This document shows positions 60,265 through 64,000 of a DNA stretch of 64,000 nucleotides, one piece after another. A model generated the notes under the pieces. The model searched no databases and was not told the origin of the DNA. It saw nothing but the letters and a program-made list of their open reading frames with translations. Both the position numbers and the translations under genes were made by a program. Source of the DNA: Blastocladiella emersonii ATCC 22665 (Eukaryota; Fungi; Blastocladiomycota); the NCBI GenBank assembly GCA_025594325.1, contig JANHCV010000005.1, forward strand, positions 1,054,001-1,118,000, read 5' to 3'. The first letter of the stretch is position 1. The number at the start of each line of letters is the position of its first letter.

Positions 60265-61625
60265 CGGCCTCGACGCGTAACGATACCCTTGGCACGCATC
60301 GCGAGGAGCGAAATCGGCTCTCCATGATACTTGTGCGATCAATAAACGCTTTCTTCTTCATTTCATGTACAAAAGCATTGGTGGACGCGTCAGAGATCGC
60401 CGCCAAGTTTGTTCGAGCGGGACGCGTGCGCGTTTCGGCCGGCCGACGGAGAGGCGCTTGTACGCGCGAGGCCTTGATGCAGCCAGAGTCACCGTCGCCG
60501 TGCGCTTCTTTCGCCGTATCTACTCGTTCATTGGATTCATGGCAAGTAGTGGTGGTGGAGGACGGTGACAGGAGTGGTGAGGGCGGCCGACGATGGCTCG
60601 CCCTTGAACCGGTTGCGCCTTTGTTCGCGGGCAGGCTCGCGGGCAGACGTCTTCGGCTGCCCCAGCGCAATCCTCGAGCACACCTTCAGCCTCGCCCTCA
60701 ACGGCGACCAACCCGTCCGTCGTGAATCTACGCTTCAACGTGCTTCCCGACCTGCGACCTCGCGCGCTCAACAAAGTGGACGAGCAGCTCGAAACCCGGC
60801 TCGTGCTGCGCGCCGTTGGCGGTGACGCGCTTGTAGTTCACGGTGATGTCGCCCTCGGTGAAACCCCATGCTGCCCGCACGGCAACGTTGAAGGGCCGAG
60901 AGTCGGCGCTCAGTGCGGTGCCGCTGTTTCCTGCAGCTCACAACGCTTCCATGCGAAGATCCGTGTTCGTTGCATAGAGTGATGGGCCGCGAATAAGCAC
61001 AGATGCTGCGAGGATGTTGATCGACGGATGGGAAGGGAGGGAAGCAGCGGCGCCTGGCCTGGCGCAAGTCACGGCAGATCGTGTCTCGCGCCGCTCACGT
61101 GTTTGTTTGACGCGTCCCTCCGCGCGCGAGACAGGTTTCGGGTACGCCGAGAGAAACGCATGAGGTCCCCTCATGAAGGCTTTAATGGACAATCAACTCG
61201 TTAAAAAATGACCATTAGAAGACAAGGCGGCGCAAAAGGGATGTTCGAAACAGAGGAAGAGGAGGTTGACACCAAGACAGGATTGGATCCTGTGGCGGCA
61301 GACTCCCCCGGCCCTGTTGAGAGCATCACCTTTGGCCGGCTGGCTAAGGCCGGGCCGACATCTAAGCCTGAATACGTGCTCAAGTACTGCTCGCCGTCGT
61401 CGCAACACGAGTACTTGTTAGGCACAACAAAGTTTCAAAGGTGCGAGGACGCGACACACACGCGTGTGTCGCAGCGCGGTTCAGAACGCGGTAGCGCCCA
61501 CCGGGCGTATCATCGAAGAGTTCGGATCAACATTGAGCCTCACATGCACGGTTTACAGAGAATCGCGCGTGTATTGAATGCAGGTCGTGCAGCGTTGGCA
61601 GACACGACCAACCGTTGATCGCCGC

Positions 61626-62792
61626 TCAAAAGTTGCCGCGAACCGGGACGGGCAGGTACGGCGCCTCGAGGGCGGCCTTCTCCTCGGCCGTGAGCGTGAT
61701 CGAGAGCGCGGCGACCGCGTCCTCGAGGTACGCGACCTTGTTGATGCCAACGATCGGCGCCGTGATCTCGGGCTTGGCGAGGACCCACGCGAGCGCGACC
61801 TGCGATGCCGGAACGCCGCGCGCCGCGGCCACCTTGCGCAGCGCCGCGATGCTACGGTCGTCGGTCGCCGCCACAATCGCCTTGGCGCGGTCCTCGTTCG
61901 ACAGCTCGGCCGCCTCGACCGTCTCACCCGAGCCGCCGTCCGCCAAAGAGGACGACTCGGTCAGGTGGATCACGTTGCGCAGCGTGTCAGTCTGCGCGCG
62001 CAGCGAGGTCGTCGACTTGCCCTTGTCCGAGAGCAGGCCGCCAGCGAGCGGCGACCACGGGATCACGCCGACGCCCATGTCGCGGCACAGCGGCAGCATC
62101 TCGCGCTCCTCCTCGCGGTACGCCAGGTTGACGAGGTTCTGCATGCTGACAAATTGCGTCCACCCGTTGCGCTCGGCCACGGCCTGCGCCTTGGCAAACT
62201 GCCACGCGTACATGGAGCTCGCGCCAATGTAGCGGACCTTGCCGGCCTTGACGAGGTCGTGCAGCGCGCCCATGGTCTCCTCGATGGGCGTGTTGTAGTC
62301 CCAGCGGTGGATCTGGTACAGGTCAATGTAGTCGGTGCCGAGGCGCGCGAGCGAGGCCTCGACCGCCTCGAAAATGTACTTGCGCGAGAGGCCGCGCTTG
62401 TTGGCCATGGCGTACGCGGGCAGCGACGCGAGCGCCGGCTGGTCGGTCGGCGTGTCGCCGACCTGGAAGAAGACCTTGGTCGCAATCACAATCTCGGACC
62501 GCTTGATGTCGCCGTTCTCGCGCATGAACTGGCCAAGGAGGCGCTCCGACATGCCCGAGGAGTAGACGTCGGCCGTATCGAAGAAGTTGATGCCGTGGTC
62601 CCACGCGGCGCGCAGGAGCGGCAGGGCCTTGTCGGCGTCGAGGACCCACTTTTCCCAGTCGGACGAGCCGTACGACATCATGCCGACGCAGATGCGCGAG
62701 ACCTGGAGGCCGGTCTTGCCGAGGCGGGCGTAGTGCATCTTGTGCGCGTTCGGGCGGTCGGTGGCGGTCGCAGCGGTGGTAGTGGTCGACAT
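61626..62792 (-). CDS. Aldo-keto reductase, second copy, 388 aa
   Basis: Translation identical to 22745-23911. Confidence 0.95.
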   Translation of the reverse strand: MSTTTTAATATDRPNAHKMHYARLGKTGLQVSRICVGMMSYGSSDWEKWVLDADKALPLLRAAWDHGINFFDTADVYSSGMSERLLGQFMRENGDIKRSEIVIATKVFFQVGDTPTDQPALASLPAYAMANKRGLSRKYIFEAVEASLARLGTDYIDLYQIHRWDYNTPIEETMGALHDLVKAGKVRYIGASSMYAWQFAKAQAVAERNGWTQFVSMQNLVNLAYREEEREMLPLCRDMGVGVIPWSPLAGGLLSDKGKSTTSLRAQTDTLRNVIHLTESSSLADGGSGETVEAAELSNEDRAKAIVAATDDRSIAALRKVAAARGVPASQVALAWVLAKPEITAPIVGINKVAYLEDAVAALSITLTAEEKAALEAPYLPVPVRGNF

Positions 62793-63610
62793 GCTGGTGA
62801 TGTGGTTTTGGGAGTGGCGGTTGCTGGGTGCGTTGGACTGTGTGTCTTGGGAGAGAGCGCTGCGACCGACCGACCCTTCTTATACCGGAGCCGTGTTGGG
62901 CTCGTTGGTCGCCACGGGTCGCCGGCGGAGGCGAAACGCGCCCGCTTGCAGCGCTCCGTCGGAGCCCAGCGACCGCGCTGCGCCACTCCCCGTCGGGGCC
63001 CATCGGCACGCCACCTCGTCATCGCAGCGCCGCCGGGGCCGGCAGTTTGCTCGCAACTCAAGTGTGCGTGAAGCCGCGACATGAGGGTATACTTTCCTGC
63101 TCACTCGTCTCAACACTCGTCCGTGTCACCGGGTAGGGCCAAAAGTGAACTGTTCTTGACGGCGAGTGGCATCGTATCCACTCGACCAAGTTTCCACGGC
63201 CGGATACGCCGTTGGAGATGCTGTCGCTCACGTCGGGGACAGGCGAGAGCGCCGCGGGCAAAGTTGGCGGCTCAGCGCTCGCGTCCAGGTCCTCGGCAAA
63301 TTACGAGTTCGGCAGCAGCAGCAGCCTTCGGTCCCACGTACGACATGTTCCCGCCCGGATCGCGGGCGGCCAACGAGGTCGAGCAGTACCGCCGACATCT
63401 CAAAATGAGAGCCTCGAGTATCGGACAAGTCATGCATGTACTCGGCGCTCTGTTATCCTGCCTTGCGTTCGAAGCAACCGAGGTCGACAGGGCAGCTCGT
63501 TCGTGAGTTTCTGCGCTCCTTGACTGGGCCGGAGCCACATGAAACGTGACGCGATGCTCAAGTGCACGTGACGTGGGCTCAGCAAAGTGGTAAGTTGAGA
63601 TCCGGTCAGC

Positions 63611-64000
63611 TCAAAGGCGCGGCAGCGGCGACGAAGTGTTGGCGCTCAGCACGACCTGCGCCGGCGTCACCTGGCCGCGGCCCTTGAAGTAGTAGCTGCG
63701 GTTGAGCAGCACCGCCTCCTGGTCGGCGTTGAGGTTGGCGAGCTGGAACACGCTGAACGGGCCCGAGTACGGGTCGGTCGTGTCGTCGTCGGTCGGATCG
63801 GGCGGCGTGAACAGGAACGCCTGCGCGACGGCGCGGATCGAGTCGCCGGGTGTCGGCGAGCCGCCGGGCGCTGCTGAAGTTGTGGTCGGGGTACTCGACG
63901 CCCCCGGCGCGGACGACGATGCCGTGTCGGTGGCGGTCAGGGTCAGCGTGACGGGCGTCGAGAAGGTGCCCGACGTGATGGTGAGCGTGGCCGTGGTCGA
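63611..64000 (-). pseudogene. Inverted, 3'-truncated duplicate of the App1-like gene (continues past window end)
   Basis: 63616-64000 is the reverse complement of 57145-57529 (sum 121145) with one synonymous change at 63635. The frame ends at TGA 63611-63613, before the DxDxV motif. Confidence 0.88.

Larger units (their letters stand above)
58810..63487 (-). repeat. IR2 right arm (Q/A-rich copy 4 + AKR copy)
   Basis: Mirror of 22050-26490; pairing ends at 63487/22050. Confidence 0.95.

Noticed and set aside
22040-63500. IR2 as a giant composite transposon
   Set aside because: No target-site duplication at 22050/63487, and no transposase in the arms or core.

Overview
Eukaryotic, very GC-rich DNA with short (54-94 nt) GT-AG introns (GTACGY/GTATGT/GTGCGT donors, CTRAC branch points). 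It looks like a zoosporic early-diverging fungus, Blastocladiomycota-like; this is an inference. The window is built from three inverted-repeat systems. IR1 is a near-perfect palindrome: arms of at least 7.29 kb (1-7290 / 10168-17457; paired positions sum to 17458) around a 2.9 kb spacer holding a 5'-truncated, frameshifted Ty3/Gypsy pol. IR2 has ~4.4-4.7 kb arms (22050-~26490 / ~58810-63487), each carrying an aldo-keto reductase and a Gln/Ala-rich gene. They flank a 32 kb core of ordinary genes: Ecl1-like, DUG2-like, eIF4G, SMPD4-like, Med20-like, importin-alpha, GPI-type tyrosinase, Kap121/importin-5, a Gcn4-like bZIP and an App1-like phosphatase. IR3 is an inverted, truncated copy of the App1-like 5' half starting at 63616 and running off the window. 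An unrecognised prion-like Q/A-rich gene occurs in four copies (+,-,-,+), one in each arm of IR1 and IR2. Copy 4 is a mosaic of the other two types and carries an expanded (CAGCAGGCG)15 tract. The IR1 arms and 17.5-20.7 kb hold a degenerate tandem family of intron-rich paralogues invisible to the ORF track. Assembly artefacts (fold-back chimeras, inverted haplotigs) cannot be excluded without reads. No rRNA, tRNA or CRISPR array was seen.
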